Assembly (NCBI GenBank): GCA_964415615.1
Contig: CAYQAW010000007.1
Coordinates: forward strand, 1-59,103
Origin: an uncultured Gammaproteobacteria bacterium
Lineage (GTDB): Bacteria > Patescibacteriota > Microgenomatia > Daviesbacterales > UBA10151
Direction of reading: 5' to 3'
DNA: 59,103 nt
The first letter of the stretch is position 1; each line of letters starts with the position of its first letter. Under the pieces are notes generated by a model. That model had not been told where the DNA came from, ran no database searches, and saw only the letters and a list, made by a program, of their open reading frames with translations. Positions 37,288 through 48,428 of this stretch are shown here, piece by piece. Position numbers and translations under genes: made by a program.

Positions 37288-37662
37288 ATGTACCTAATTG
37301 ATACCGATATTCTTATTTGGGTGCTGAGAGAGAACGGAAAATATGTTAATTTACTTAAAAAGTTGGCGCAAAAAGACTCCCTTGCTATTTCTACTATAAC
37401 TATTGCTGAAATATATAAAAATATTTATCCTACAGAACTGCTAAAAACTGAAAGACTATTAAATGAATTGCAAAACTTTGATGTAACATCCACAGTAGCA
37501 AAACAAGCCGGTCTATATTGGCAGGAATATTCCAAGAATCTAAAAAATTTAAGCTTAATAGATTGTTTAATTGCTGCAACCGCCAACATGAATGAAGCTA
37601 TCTTAGTTTCTCTAAACAAAAAACACTTCCCTATGAGTGATATTAAATTATTGGATTTTTAA
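37288..37662 (+). CDS. VapC/PIN domain toxin
   Basis: 'YLIDTDILI', 'TIAE', 'DCLIAATA', 'N.KHF'; ATG 37288. Confidence 0.9.
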   Translation: MYLIDTDILIWVLRENGKYVNLLKKLAQKDSLAISTITIAEIYKNIYPTELLKTERLLNELQNFDVTSTVAKQAGLYWQEYSKNLKNLSLIDCLIAATANMNEAILVSLNKKHFPMSDIKLLDF

Positions 37663-37718
37663 CCATTCTCTCATCCCTGACATTTACTTCAAAACCATCT
37701 TCTGTGTACAATGAAGAT

Positions 37719-38825
37719 ATGGATCAGAATTTTGAAAAATCTGGGTTTCAACCACGAAAAATATACCAACCTGAACATGGTACAAGCTGGAGAGATTTAA
37801 ACCCAGCTCATGACAAAGGGAAAAATAGATTACCAAACTTTCTTAAAGAACTTATTCCTGCTAGAGAAGATTTGTTGGCTGCCAGAAGAAGGTTGTTAAT
37901 AGCCACAGGCGCAGCTGCATTACTTTTTTCTGGTAGTTTATTTCTGTCAGTACTCGCATCACCTACACCTATAACTATCGCTCCAAATGAAATTCAACCT
38001 CCAGTTGCAACAACAGAACAACCTGCTACTCAAAATTCTTTTGCCAAATTCTTAATCCCTACTACCTACTCTTCTGATGGAAGAAACATTATTAAACCCA
38101 CCGCTGCAATTATCAATGCTGAAGTTAAATATACAAATGAGCAAGCTGATAAAGAAAGTCAAACTTTTCTAGCTTCCAAAGGGGCAGCCTTGCTTAGATA
38201 TGCCAATGTTCAAAAATGGAGTCCTTTGATAGATGAGGCAGTAAATGATCCTAAAATAGGAATCAAGGAAGAAGAAAAAGAAGATATGAAAAAACTCATG
38301 AAGCTTTTGATATCTATAGAAAGCAATGGTGATCCTAAAGCAGAAAGCAACAATAAAGCTTATGGACTTGGGCAAATCAAGGAGGAGGCAGCCAAACAAA
38401 CAGCGCAATATTTGGGAATAAAAACCTACGATATCTTTAATCCCAGAGACAACATCCGTTTGTCTCTGGCTTACTTACAAATCATCCGCCGCTCACACCC
38501 ATCTATGGCCCTCGCTTTAACTGAATATAATGCTGGACCAGGAATAATGATAGGCGCTGATCGGACTTATATACTAAGTCGTCAAAAAGAAAATAATATC
38601 ACCATTGATGCGCTAGACCATGATTTTGATACATTGGGAGCGGATGGAAGAGGGCATACGGCAACCTGGGTTCATGAAGTTAATGACAATATTACCCTCG
38701 CTGTCTTGAGAGAATCTGCTGAGGTTCAAGCGTATCTTAAGAAAAATAATATAGATGCTAATGAGTTCGGACAAAATTATTTTAGGATGGTTAGCTTAGC
38801 CAAAGCCTGGAACTATATTCGTTAA
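37719..38825 (+). CDS. Membrane-anchored lytic transglycosylase (SLT domain)
   Basis: 'IESNG' catalytic Glu, 'GLGQI', 'EYNAG'. Confidence 0.8.
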   Translation: MDQNFEKSGFQPRKIYQPEHGTSWRDLNPAHDKGKNRLPNFLKELIPAREDLLAARRRLLIATGAAALLFSGSLFLSVLASPTPITIAPNEIQPPVATTEQPATQNSFAKFLIPTTYSSDGRNIIKPTAAIINAEVKYTNEQADKESQTFLASKGAALLRYANVQKWSPLIDEAVNDPKIGIKEEEKEDMKKLMKLLISIESNGDPKAESNNKAYGLGQIKEEAAKQTAQYLGIKTYDIFNPRDNIRLSLAYLQIIRRSHPSMALALTEYNAGPGIMIGADRTYILSRQKENNITIDALDHDFDTLGADGRGHTATWVHEVNDNITLAVLRESAEVQAYLKKNNIDANEFGQNYFRMVSLAKAWNYIR

Positions 38826-39334
38826 TCTTCCCCAAACCACAGCTCAATTTCTTTTTGAGCTTCATCTGCAGAACCTGAGGCATGAATTAAATTATAAACT
38901 GGTCTTTCTTCTTGGTTTGCTTTTAAGATATTATCAGTGCCTAAATCTCCTCTGATAGTACCTTTTTCAGCAGTAGCTGGATCTGTAAAACCAGTAGTTT
39001 TTCTAGCAGTAACTATTGCATCTTCCCCCTCCAAAAGCAAAGCTACAATTGGACCAGATGTGATAAATTTTCTAAGCCAAGTGACTACTTTTCTACCCTG
39101 GTCTTCTGCAGATTTTACCTGCTGTCCTGCAGCAATGGTTTTTTCACCAATCAATTTAAGGTAATCTGGATCCATTGGATAGTGTTTCTCAACAATATCT
39201 AAAGGGGCCATTATATCTTTTCTTTTAACAATTTTAAGCCCTGCAGCTTTATATCTTTTAATTATTTCCTCAGTTAAATCTCTCTGGACTCCATCAGGTT
39301 TTATCAGTATCAAAGTCTGTTGTAACATATTCAA
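38822..39334 (-). CDS. ndk: Nucleoside diphosphate kinase
   Basis: 'LIKPDGVQR', 'GTIRGD', 'NLIHAS'. Confidence 0.95.
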   Translation of the reverse strand: MNMLQQTLILIKPDGVQRDLTEEIIKRYKAAGLKIVKRKDIMAPLDIVEKHYPMDPDYLKLIGEKTIAAGQQVKSAEDQGRKVVTWLRKFITSGPIVALLLEGEDAIVTARKTTGFTDPATAEKGTIRGDLGTDNILKANQEERPVYNLIHASGSADEAQKEIELWFGED

Positions 39335-39343
39335 AGTATTATA

Positions 39344-40366
39344 CTACTTTATCTCTACATCCTCTACCTTAGTTGTGCCATCATCAAATACAGACACTAC
39401 TGCAAATCTGGGAGCCTGAGGATTTCTTTCGATGGTCACTGCCCCAATAGTTACCATCTCAAGATCAGTTACAGGCTCTTTATACTCTGAGAAAAAATGA
39501 GTATCCCCAGTAAAAACCTTTTTAACCCCAGCAGCCTTTAACTGATACATCAAATCCCTTGCTTGTTGCTTTAAACCACTTTCTATCTTACCCATCACAT
39601 GATCAGAAGAAGGATGGAACAAAGGCTCATGCAGAAAAACAAAAGTACCATTGGTTGGTTGTTGTTTAATCTTTTCCAATTCATTTTCAATCCATTTTTG
39701 CTGAGTATCTCCTAAGCCTTTATAATCATCACTATTGTCCAAAAGCAAGAATTTAAAATTGTTGTAATCAAAAGATTGAAAAAGTGGCCCAAAAATCTGG
39801 TTAAAATTAGTACCGTCTGACATTTTTTTATCTCTAGAGTCCCAAAGATCATGATCTCCTGCTATTAAAAAGTATCTCAAACCAGAACTATCCAGCTCTT
39901 TTTTAGCATTATTTAACTCTGCAGTAGTTCCCACATTAGTATAATCCCCAAGTCCAATGATAAATTTCAAATCAGGATAAGATGCCCTAGCATGAGCAAG
40001 AGCTTTACTTAAATCATCATTATCACTATGAGAATCAGCTATTAGCAAGAATCTGAAAGCTGGAGTTACTGCTGTATCTGGGGTAGAATTCTCCAAAACT
40101 AGCTGGTTATTGGACAGAATAGGTAAAGTTTTTGAATCAATCTTAATTGAGGATAAAACCCCTAATACTTGTTGAGGAGTTCTCGCTGCTAATACATTTT
40201 TAACCACAGCCTGAGGATCCAACTTTAAAGGATCTATACCAGAAAAATGCTTATAGGCAACATAAATTCCCACTGCCAGAACTGCCAGCATTACCATGCT
40301 CAAAATTAGTCTAAATAGAACAAACAATATATTAGGAGATCGTTTTTGATAATGTTTTTTAAACAT
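39344..40366 (-). CDS. Membrane-anchored calcineurin-like metallophosphoesterase
   Basis: 'ADSH', 'GDY', 'GDHD', 'HEP', 'GDTH'. Confidence 0.88.
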   Translation of the reverse strand: MFKKHYQKRSPNILFVLFRLILSMVMLAVLAVGIYVAYKHFSGIDPLKLDPQAVVKNVLAARTPQQVLGVLSSIKIDSKTLPILSNNQLVLENSTPDTAVTPAFRFLLIADSHSDNDDLSKALAHARASYPDLKFIIGLGDYTNVGTTAELNNAKKELDSSGLRYFLIAGDHDLWDSRDKKMSDGTNFNQIFGPLFQSFDYNNFKFLLLDNSDDYKGLGDTQQKWIENELEKIKQQPTNGTFVFLHEPLFHPSSDHVMGKIESGLKQQARDLMYQLKAAGVKKVFTGDTHFFSEYKEPVTDLEMVTIGAVTIERNPQAPRFAVVSVFDDGTTKVEDVEIK

Positions 40367-40369
40367 AGC

Positions 40370-41977
40370 TCACATCCTTTCAGGAGCTGAAACTCCTAAA
40401 AGTTTTAAATTATTCTCCATCGTAATTTTGGCAGAACTAACCAAAACAAGTCTTGCTTGAATCAGTTGCTCGCTTTCTGCCTGCAGCACTGGGCAATTTT
40501 CATAAAACTTATGAAATAAGTCTGCCAAATAAATTGCATACTCAGTAAGTTGTTGCACCTGATAATTTGCAGCTATCTCTTCTATCAGATCAGGAAAATT
40601 CAGCAGATGCTTGATTAAATCCAGCTCTGATTTAGAATTCAACAAACTGTAATCTATGTTTTCTACGCCTTCCATTTTATTAACAATATTTACCATTCTG
40701 ACATAAGCATACTGAACATAATATACTGGGTTTTTGTTTGATTGCTGTTTTAAAAGCTCCAGATCAAAATCCATATGGGTTTGGGGAGAAAACCTGAGAA
40801 GATAAAACCTAAAAGCATCTACTCCTACCTCATCCAAAACCTCCCTAGCAGTGACAAAATTACCAGCCCTCTTGCTCATTTTAACTATATCAATACCCCT
40901 TCTAACTCTAACATACTGATACAAAATTACTTTTAGTTTTTGGGGGTTAAAACCCAAGGCTCTAATGGCAGCCTGCATCCTGGGGATATGCCCATGATGA
41001 TTACTGCCCCACACATTTATCACCAAATCTGCGCCTGTTGTAAATTTTTGTTTGTGATACACAATATCAGAAGTAAAATAAGTATAATTTCCATCTGATT
41101 TTCTAATTACAGTCTCTCTATCTTTTAGAAACTCATCATTAGGAGCCAGCCACAAAGCTCCATCTTTTTCCTTAATTACTCCCTTTTTTTGTAATTCTTC
41201 TATAATTTCAGGCGCCTCTTTACGCAACTGCGACTCATGGACAACTAAGTCAAATTTAATGCCCATCGCATGAGCGTCAGCCATAATATCTTCATATATC
41301 AAATTCACAGCCATCCCGCCTATCTCCAAATCAGACTTATCTTCTATTTCAGTTTCCAATTCTTTAACCAAATCATTAATATATTCTCCCTGATATTGAT
41401 TTTGACTGGCTAAATTCCCATGATATTTAGCTTTAATTGTGGCACCCAAAGCTTCAACTTGTCCACCCACATTATTATCAAGATATTCTCTTAAAACTTC
41501 ATATCCACAAAATGCTAGAACATTGGCTACTGTATCACCTAGTGGTCCGCCTCTGGCATTACCTATATGTAAAGGCCCTGTTGGATTGGCAGAAATATAC
41601 TCTACTCTGGCCTTTTTTCCTTTACCAATTTCTGATTTTCCAAAACTTTCTTTTCTTTCCAAAATTTCTTTTAAATTATCTGCTAAATTTTCTGCCTTTA
41701 CAAAAAAATTAATAAATCCCCCACCAGCAATTTCTATTTTTTCTAAATAGTCTTTACTAGACTCTTGACTCTTGACTCTTGTCACTATTTCATTAGCAAT
41801 TTCTACTGGTGATTGCTTACTATTTTCTGGTTTTAGTTTAGTAAGCTGCAAGGCTACATTCGTGGTATAGTCCCCAAAAGCATAATTTTTGGGACTAGAT
41901 AAAACTATATCACTAGTTGGAAACCCCAAATCTTCAATTATCTTTTTAAGGTCTCCTAAAAGTATCTGCTTTAGCAT
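40370..41977 (-). CDS. argS: Arginine--tRNA ligase
   Basis: HIGH 'PLHIGNAR', 'KMSKRAG', DALR-like C-terminus. Confidence 0.96.
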   Translation of the reverse strand: MLKQILLGDLKKIIEDLGFPTSDIVLSSPKNYAFGDYTTNVALQLTKLKPENSKQSPVEIANEIVTRVKSQESSKDYLEKIEIAGGGFINFFVKAENLADNLKEILERKESFGKSEIGKGKKARVEYISANPTGPLHIGNARGGPLGDTVANVLAFCGYEVLREYLDNNVGGQVEALGATIKAKYHGNLASQNQYQGEYINDLVKELETEIEDKSDLEIGGMAVNLIYEDIMADAHAMGIKFDLVVHESQLRKEAPEIIEELQKKGVIKEKDGALWLAPNDEFLKDRETVIRKSDGNYTYFTSDIVYHKQKFTTGADLVINVWGSNHHGHIPRMQAAIRALGFNPQKLKVILYQYVRVRRGIDIVKMSKRAGNFVTAREVLDEVGVDAFRFYLLRFSPQTHMDFDLELLKQQSNKNPVYYVQYAYVRMVNIVNKMEGVENIDYSLLNSKSELDLIKHLLNFPDLIEEIAANYQVQQLTEYAIYLADLFHKFYENCPVLQAESEQLIQARLVLVSSAKITMENNLKLLGVSAPERM

Positions 41978-42944
41978 TATTTAATAATAACATAATCCCA
42001 GCAAGTAAAATATAATACCCTACCCATGTTATCCAAACTTGTTCTCCTACATATTCCCAAGCAAAGGGCAGAGAAGCAAAAAATTGAACTACATAGATAA
42101 AATATGTCAAAAATATGCTAGTTGCTAAACCCAGAATTGACCCTAAAACCAGCATTAAGCTTCCTAGAATCATTATAAAAGGTACTGTCCAACCTATAAA
42201 TAAATTAGTAATTACCCCTACCAAAGATAATTGATGAAAATTAGCAATAATAATAGGTGTAACCATCAGTTGAGCTGCCAAGGTAACTGCTAAATCATTC
42301 CCAATGATAGGTAAAACTTTAAAATAGGCAAGTAAAATAGGAGAAACCACCACTACCCCAAGTGTGGCCAGGAAACTTAATTGAAAAGATAAATCAGTAA
42401 CCCACTTAGGATTTACCAGTAACATCAAAGCAGCAGTAATAAGTAGTACTCTCCAGCCTTCTTTGGCTCTACCAAATAAAGAAGCCAAAGATGCTAAAGA
42501 AAACATAATCGCAGCTCTAAGAATTGGTACCTGTACGCCCGTTAGCAGAGTATAAAGTAGGACTGCCAACAGACTCAAAAACAGAGCATTTCTTCTTTTA
42601 ATCAGCCCAGCCAGGCTCAAGAAAAATCCAGCTACCATACTTAAGTTTTGTCCTGAGGCCACCACTATATGCAAAGTTGAGGTATCTCTTAAAGCCAGTT
42701 TAAGTTGTCCAGGCAGGTTTTTATTTTGCCCTAATAATACCCCTGAAAGCAGTTCTGCTTGAGGTGAAGGCAAAAATTGGCTGATTTTTTGATCCAAAAA
42801 CTGGCGCTCACCTTGAAACAAGTCAACTTTTACATCCCCTCTATCCCTTTGGGTCTGACCCTCAGTGTCGTAGACCTGCTGATACCTAATAAAATAGATC
42901 AAAAGGTATAAAACAATAGCTAAAATAATTGGCAACTTCTTCAT
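41946..42944 (-). CDS. comEC: ComEC/Rec2 competence membrane protein (channel domain only)
   Basis: 'HIVVASGQN', 'RAAIM', 'FQLSFLAT'. Confidence 0.9.
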   Translation of the reverse strand: MKKLPIILAIVLYLLIYFIRYQQVYDTEGQTQRDRGDVKVDLFQGERQFLDQKISQFLPSPQAELLSGVLLGQNKNLPGQLKLALRDTSTLHIVVASGQNLSMVAGFFLSLAGLIKRRNALFLSLLAVLLYTLLTGVQVPILRAAIMFSLASLASLFGRAKEGWRVLLITAALMLLVNPKWVTDLSFQLSFLATLGVVVVSPILLAYFKVLPIIGNDLAVTLAAQLMVTPIIIANFHQLSLVGVITNLFIGWTVPFIMILGSLMLVLGSILGLATSIFLTYFIYVVQFFASLPFAWEYVGEQVWITWVGYYILLAGIMLLLNNAKADTFRRP

Positions 42945-42954
42945 AAACCCTACA

Positions 42955-43470
42955 CTAACTTCCACGATCGTTGAATATTATGTAGTTTAAAGACTCATCT
43001 CCTGATTCAATCACCGCCACCCACTTCTCAATTTCTAAATTTTTGATCAGCCTTCGTAGTTTATCTGTAATATTTCTATTACTAACCCAAACACTTCTTT
43101 GCCAGTTTTTAAATCCCCAATCTTTTAGTCTCCTTCGAAAAAGATCTCTGATCCCCCTTCTATTCTCTGGAATATCAAAAAGAACTAGCCTGTATAACCC
43201 ATCCCATTTTTCATCTTCTACTCCTAAAAAATCTTTGCCCAACTGAGTCAATTTAAAAATAATCTGTCCTTCTTTAACATCTTTTTCAATATAACCATCT
43301 AATCTCAATCTTCTTAGAGCTTGAGCTAAAGAAGATTTCTTAAGCTCAGGGATATCATAATGATATCTGTAGTGGTGAAAAGCAAAATCTTCCAACCTGC
43401 AATAACCATCAATTGCCTTTTCAAGGGTAAACAATACCGCACTGCTAATGCTTTTCTTCCTTAAGCCCAT
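42955..43470 (-). CDS. PaaX-like regulator (wHTH plus Cas2-like ferredoxin domain)
   Basis: 'FKLTQLG', 'WDGLYRLVLFDIPE..R..RDLFR..L...GF...QRSVW'. Confidence 0.8.
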   Translation of the reverse strand: MGLRKKSISSAVLFTLEKAIDGYCRLEDFAFHHYRYHYDIPELKKSSLAQALRRLRLDGYIEKDVKEGQIIFKLTQLGKDFLGVEDEKWDGLYRLVLFDIPENRRGIRDLFRRRLKDWGFKNWQRSVWVSNRNITDKLRRLIKNLEIEKWVAVIESGDESLNYIIFNDRGS

Positions 43471-43514
43471 GCTTTAACCCTACATTATTTGTAACGATCG
43501 TGTCAAGAATTGTA

Positions 43515-44120
43515 TTAATATGCCGAGACTAAGTCTTTAATCTTCTCGAAGATAGCTGGGGATATGATCTTCTTGCTTACAAGATCCTCTATTGCAGCAT
43601 ACTGCCTACCAGAAATAATTTTAGCAGCCCTGGTTGTACCAATATCTGGCAAACCTTCCAGTTCTGCTGAGTTAGCTGTATTTATATTTACTTTATTACT
43701 TGCCTGGACTCCAGCCACTACTCCACTGCTTTGAGACCCACTTACTTGCTCCCCTGCAAAAGGCACATAAACCTTACTGCCATCTGATAGCTTTTGTGCC
43801 ATATTTAAATACTTTGATATATATTCCTGATTGGCTTCCTGGCTAAAACCTCCTGCTTCTTTTATGGCTTGTTCAATCCTGGAACCATCAGTGAACTTAT
43901 AAACACCAGGCTTTTGGACTGCTCCAGATACATCAACAGAAATAAATTTCTGGTTCTGAACCAAACTTTCCTTGGGAAATCCGCCGGCTGGCGGATTTGG
44001 TTGCTGCTTATTTAAACCTGAAGCAAGTACTCCTCCAATAATCAGCACCAGTCCTAAAAGACTTAAAGCTATGGGGATTTTAAATTGTTCCAGCTTTTCT
44101 CTCCAATTTGGACTGTCCAT
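43515..44120 (-). CDS. comEA: Competence protein ComEA (SLBB + HhH)
   Basis: 'VDVSGAVQKPGVY', 'NINTANSAELEGLPDIG'. Confidence 0.92.
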   Translation of the reverse strand: MDSPNWREKLEQFKIPIALSLLGLVLIIGGVLASGLNKQQPNPPAGGFPKESLVQNQKFISVDVSGAVQKPGVYKFTDGSRIEQAIKEAGGFSQEANQEYISKYLNMAQKLSDGSKVYVPFAGEQVSGSQSSGVVAGVQASNKVNINTANSAELEGLPDIGTTRAAKIISGRQYAAIEDLVSKKIISPAIFEKIKDLVSAY

Positions 44121-44123
44121 ACT

Positions 44124-44552
44124 CTACCAATCTGCTGTCAATTCTTTTCTATATTGCTTTACCCATTCTCTATAAGCATCATGCAGATAGCCCATCCCTC
44201 TCTCATTCATTTCTCTATTGACCACTCCACCAGCATGAGGGTAACGGTGCAGTCGTGGCTGGGTAGAAGAAAATCCATGAGCGTAATGAACCAGCTCATG
44301 ACCAATAGTATGATCTACCACTTCAGCAGGGATGTTTAAATCTTTAAACATCGAAGTAATAGTGACATAACTGGATTTTGTAGTCCTGTTTAACTTTATT
44401 GACCCTAGTCTATATTTAGCAGACCTGCCAAACTTTATAAATACCTTGTTTGTTTGGGGAACATCTGCAAAATACTTTGACCAGATAAAATCCAGACGTG
44501 ATAATAACCAGATATTATCTCTTTTCGCAGCAGTTTTTGATTTCATTGTCAT
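44124..44552 (-). CDS. SprT-like HEXXH metalloprotein
   Basis: 'HELVHY...H'. Confidence 0.65.
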   Translation of the reverse strand: MTMKSKTAAKRDNIWLLSRLDFIWSKYFADVPQTNKVFIKFGRSAKYRLGSIKLNRTTKSSYVTITSMFKDLNIPAEVVDHTIGHELVHYAHGFSSTQPRLHRYPHAGGVVNREMNERGMGYLHDAYREWVKQYRKELTADW

Positions 44553-44596
44553 AACAGTCTAAACTATCTACTAATAATCATTAGCAATAACAATTG

Positions 44597-47095
44597 CTAG
44601 TTGCCAGTAACAAAGCTAACTATTTTACCAGGGATATACACAATTTTTTTCACAGATTTTCTATCCAAAAATTTCCCCACCTTTTTACTGCCTTTGGCCA
44701 TTTTTTCTACAACCTCTCTATTTCCTACTATATCCTTCTGTATCACTAATACATCTCTAACTTTTCCATTAACTTGAACAGCTATTGATATTTCTTCTTC
44801 CTCCAGGAATTTACTAGCAAATTTGGGCCAAGACTGCTGATGTATAGAGAAGCTATCAGTCTTCAGTATCGCTTCGCCCGCCTTCGGCGTGGCTTCGCTG
44901 TCAGCTGTCAGACTTTTTTCTGATTTTTTGTCTGACGACTGTGGGCCCCCGAAGGGGAAGACGACTGACGACTTTAATATCTCCCATAACTCTTCTGTAA
45001 TATGAGGCGCAAATGGAGCTAGTAGCATCAAGAAAGTTTTATACTCCTCTGCAGAGATCTCTGCTTTCCTGGAAAGATAATTCAACCATTCCATGAGGCT
45101 AGAAATAGCAGTGTTAAACTTTAACTGCTCAATATCCTCTGTCACTTTCTTAATCGTCTTATGCATTATCCTTAAATCGTTCATCGTTAATCGTTCATCG
45201 TTAATCGTTAATCGTTCCTGTAACATCCAGACTCTTTGTAAAAAGTGATATGCTCCATTAACTCCATCAGGATTCCAAGAAGTAACTATATCAAAAGGGC
45301 CTAAAAACATTAAATAAAGCCTGATAGCATCGGCACCATAACTTTTTACTTCTTCATCAGGATTGACCACATTCCCCTTAGATTTGCTCATCCTGGCTCC
45401 ATCAGGACCTAAAATCGTACCATGGTGAATCCTTTTTTTGGCATATTCATCAAAATTTATTAACCCTAACTCTTTAAAAATCATGGTAAAAAACCTGGAA
45501 TATAAAGCATGGCCTAAAGTATGCTCAGGTCCCCCAATATAAATCTCGAGCGGCATCCATTCAGCAGCAATATTTTTATCAAAGATTGCCTGGTCGTTTT
45601 CCGGATCCAGGTATCTAAAAAAATACCAGGCAGAATCCACAAAAGTATCCATAGTTTCAACTTCCCTTTTAGCAGGCCCACCACATTCAGGACATTCTGT
45701 ATTAACCCAATCCTCTGCTGTAGCCAATGGAGGCTTACCATGAGGAGCATAATCCACCTTGTAGGGAAGTTCTACTGGTAAATCTTTTTCTGGAACAGGA
45801 ACAGCCCCATCTTTATCACAATAAATCATTGGGATAGGTGTGCCCCAATAACGCTGTCTTGAGATTGACCAATCATGAAGATGATAGTTGGTGGTTCTTT
45901 TTCCTAAATTATGTTGCTCTAAATAATCTGATATTTTTTCCCTGGCTACCTTGTTTAGCAATCCATTATATTCTCCGCTATTTACCATTTCTCCATTGCC
46001 TATATAAGCTGCTTTGGATATATCCCCGCCTTTAACAACTTCTCTTATCAATAGATCAAACTTTTTGGCAAACTCATAATCTCTTTGGTCATGGGCTGGC
46101 ACGCCCATAACTGCACCTGTTCCATAGCCTACTAATACATAATCAGCTACCCAAACTGGAAGTTTCTCACCATTAATTGGACTTTTGACATAAGAACCAG
46201 TAAATACTCCTGTTTTTTCTTTATTTTCTTTTCTTTCCAGCTCGCTTTTCTTTTTTGCTTGTCGGATATACTCTTCGACCGCTAATTTTTGTTCAGGCAT
46301 AACTAAAGCGGCTAGCAAAGAATTTTCAGGACTGATAACTATAAATGTAACCCCAAATATCGTGTCCTGACGGGTACCAAAGATTTCTATGTTATCAAAC
46401 TTTATCACTATACCTTCTGATCTGCCAATCCAATCATTTTGCCCTACTCTTAAAGACTTAGGCCAATCTGCCTGAGGTGGCTCTTGCCAGAGTAATTTAT
46501 CTGCAAAAGCAGTAATCTTAAAAAACCACTGGTCAATTTCTTTTTGGACCACCTCTGTTCCGCATCTCCAACATTTACCGTCCTCAACATTTTCATTAGC
46601 AAGTACAGTTTGATCTTTTGGACACCAGTTTGACAGTAATTTTCCCCTGTAAGCCCAACCTTTTTCTAGCATTTTCAAAAAAATCCATTGATTCCACTTA
46701 TAATACTTAGGATCACAAGCTACCATAGTTTTTGTCCAATCAATTGATGTACCTAAAGTTTCAAATTGATCTCTCATCCGCTCCATATTTTTATATGTCC
46801 AGTCTCGGGGGTGAATGCCGTTTTTAATGGCAGCATTCTCAGCAGGCAGCCCAAATGCATCAAAGCCATTAGGAAAAAGCACATTAAAACCCTGCCTGGA
46901 TTTAAACCTGGCTAAAATATCACCCATGGTAAAAGTAAACCAATGACCCATATGTAGATCGCCAGAGGTATAAGGCAGCTCGACTAAAACATAGTATTTG
47001 TCTGTCGATTTAGAAAGATCAGTTAAATAAAGACTCTCCTCTCCCCACTTCTTCTGCCACTTGGGCTCTATATCTTGAGGAATGTATTTCTTCAT
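44597..47095 (-). CDS. leuS: Leucine--tRNA ligase
   Basis: 'LHMGH', CP1 editing domain 'GTGAVMGVPAHDQRD', 'RMSKSKGN'. Confidence 0.98.
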   Translation of the reverse strand: MKKYIPQDIEPKWQKKWGEESLYLTDLSKSTDKYYVLVELPYTSGDLHMGHWFTFTMGDILARFKSRQGFNVLFPNGFDAFGLPAENAAIKNGIHPRDWTYKNMERMRDQFETLGTSIDWTKTMVACDPKYYKWNQWIFLKMLEKGWAYRGKLLSNWCPKDQTVLANENVEDGKCWRCGTEVVQKEIDQWFFKITAFADKLLWQEPPQADWPKSLRVGQNDWIGRSEGIVIKFDNIEIFGTRQDTIFGVTFIVISPENSLLAALVMPEQKLAVEEYIRQAKKKSELERKENKEKTGVFTGSYVKSPINGEKLPVWVADYVLVGYGTGAVMGVPAHDQRDYEFAKKFDLLIREVVKGGDISKAAYIGNGEMVNSGEYNGLLNKVAREKISDYLEQHNLGKRTTNYHLHDWSISRQRYWGTPIPMIYCDKDGAVPVPEKDLPVELPYKVDYAPHGKPPLATAEDWVNTECPECGGPAKREVETMDTFVDSAWYFFRYLDPENDQAIFDKNIAAEWMPLEIYIGGPEHTLGHALYSRFFTMIFKELGLINFDEYAKKRIHHGTILGPDGARMSKSKGNVVNPDEEVKSYGADAIRLYLMFLGPFDIVTSWNPDGVNGAYHFLQRVWMLQERLTINDERLTMNDLRIMHKTIKKVTEDIEQLKFNTAISSLMEWLNYLSRKAEISAEEYKTFLMLLAPFAPHITEELWEILKSSVVFPFGGPQSSDKKSEKSLTADSEATPKAGEAILKTDSFSIHQQSWPKFASKFLEEEEISIAVQVNGKVRDVLVIQKDIVGNREVVEKMAKGSKKVGKFLDRKSVKKIVYIPGKIVSFVTGN
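44851..44973 (-). repeat. 123-bp palindromic composite element inserted in frame in leuS
   Basis: Near-identical to 35086-35202. Confidence 0.92.
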
Positions 47096-47120
47096 AATAA
47101 CCTGATGTTAACATAAAAGC

Positions 47121-47198
47121 CGTCAGCTGTCAGCTTTCAGTCATCAGCCTTTTAATTTTTTAAATCTGATAGCTGAAGACTGACTACTGATAGCTATT
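47121..47198. repeat. Heptamer-arm hairpin upstream of leuS
   Basis: (GCTGTCA/GTCATCA)n arm, AT spacer, inverted arm ending TAGCTATT. Confidence 0.85.
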
Positions 47199-47369
47199 TC
47201 TCTTTTCATATTCTCTTTTCACAAGCTAAACACTTTGTTATCTAATTATAATTGATATAGTTTATACATATTCTGATCTATTCTAGACTCTAGACTCTTG
47301 ACTCTAGTCTCTATTTTGTGTTCATGCGGTAATTATCTTGATTTTTTTTGATATAGAATGAGAGATTGA

Positions 47370-48338
<969 letters not shown>

Positions 48339-48339
48339 C

Positions 48340-48410
48340 GAGAGACTAGTCGCTAGAGTCTAGTAGCTAGTATAGTATCTTGACTCTTGACTCTAGACTC
48401 TTGTCACTTT
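48340..48410. repeat. Heptamer-arm hairpin of the TAGAGTC/GACTCTA family (related arm at 47281-47312)
   Basis: GAGACTAG..TAGAGTCTAG arm versus (CTTGACT/CTAGACT)n arm. Confidence 0.7.
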
Positions 48411-48428
48411 CTGTCGTATCATCTACTT

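Noticed and set aside
37007-37662. TA pair as part of a larger element at tRNA-Pro
   Set aside because: No integrase or tRNA-end duplication seen; an ordinary type II TA module.
42955-43470. CRISPR-Cas locus suggested by a Cas2-like domain
   Set aside because: The protein has PaaX architecture (wHTH + ferredoxin-like domain); no cas1, other cas genes or repeat-spacer array in the window.
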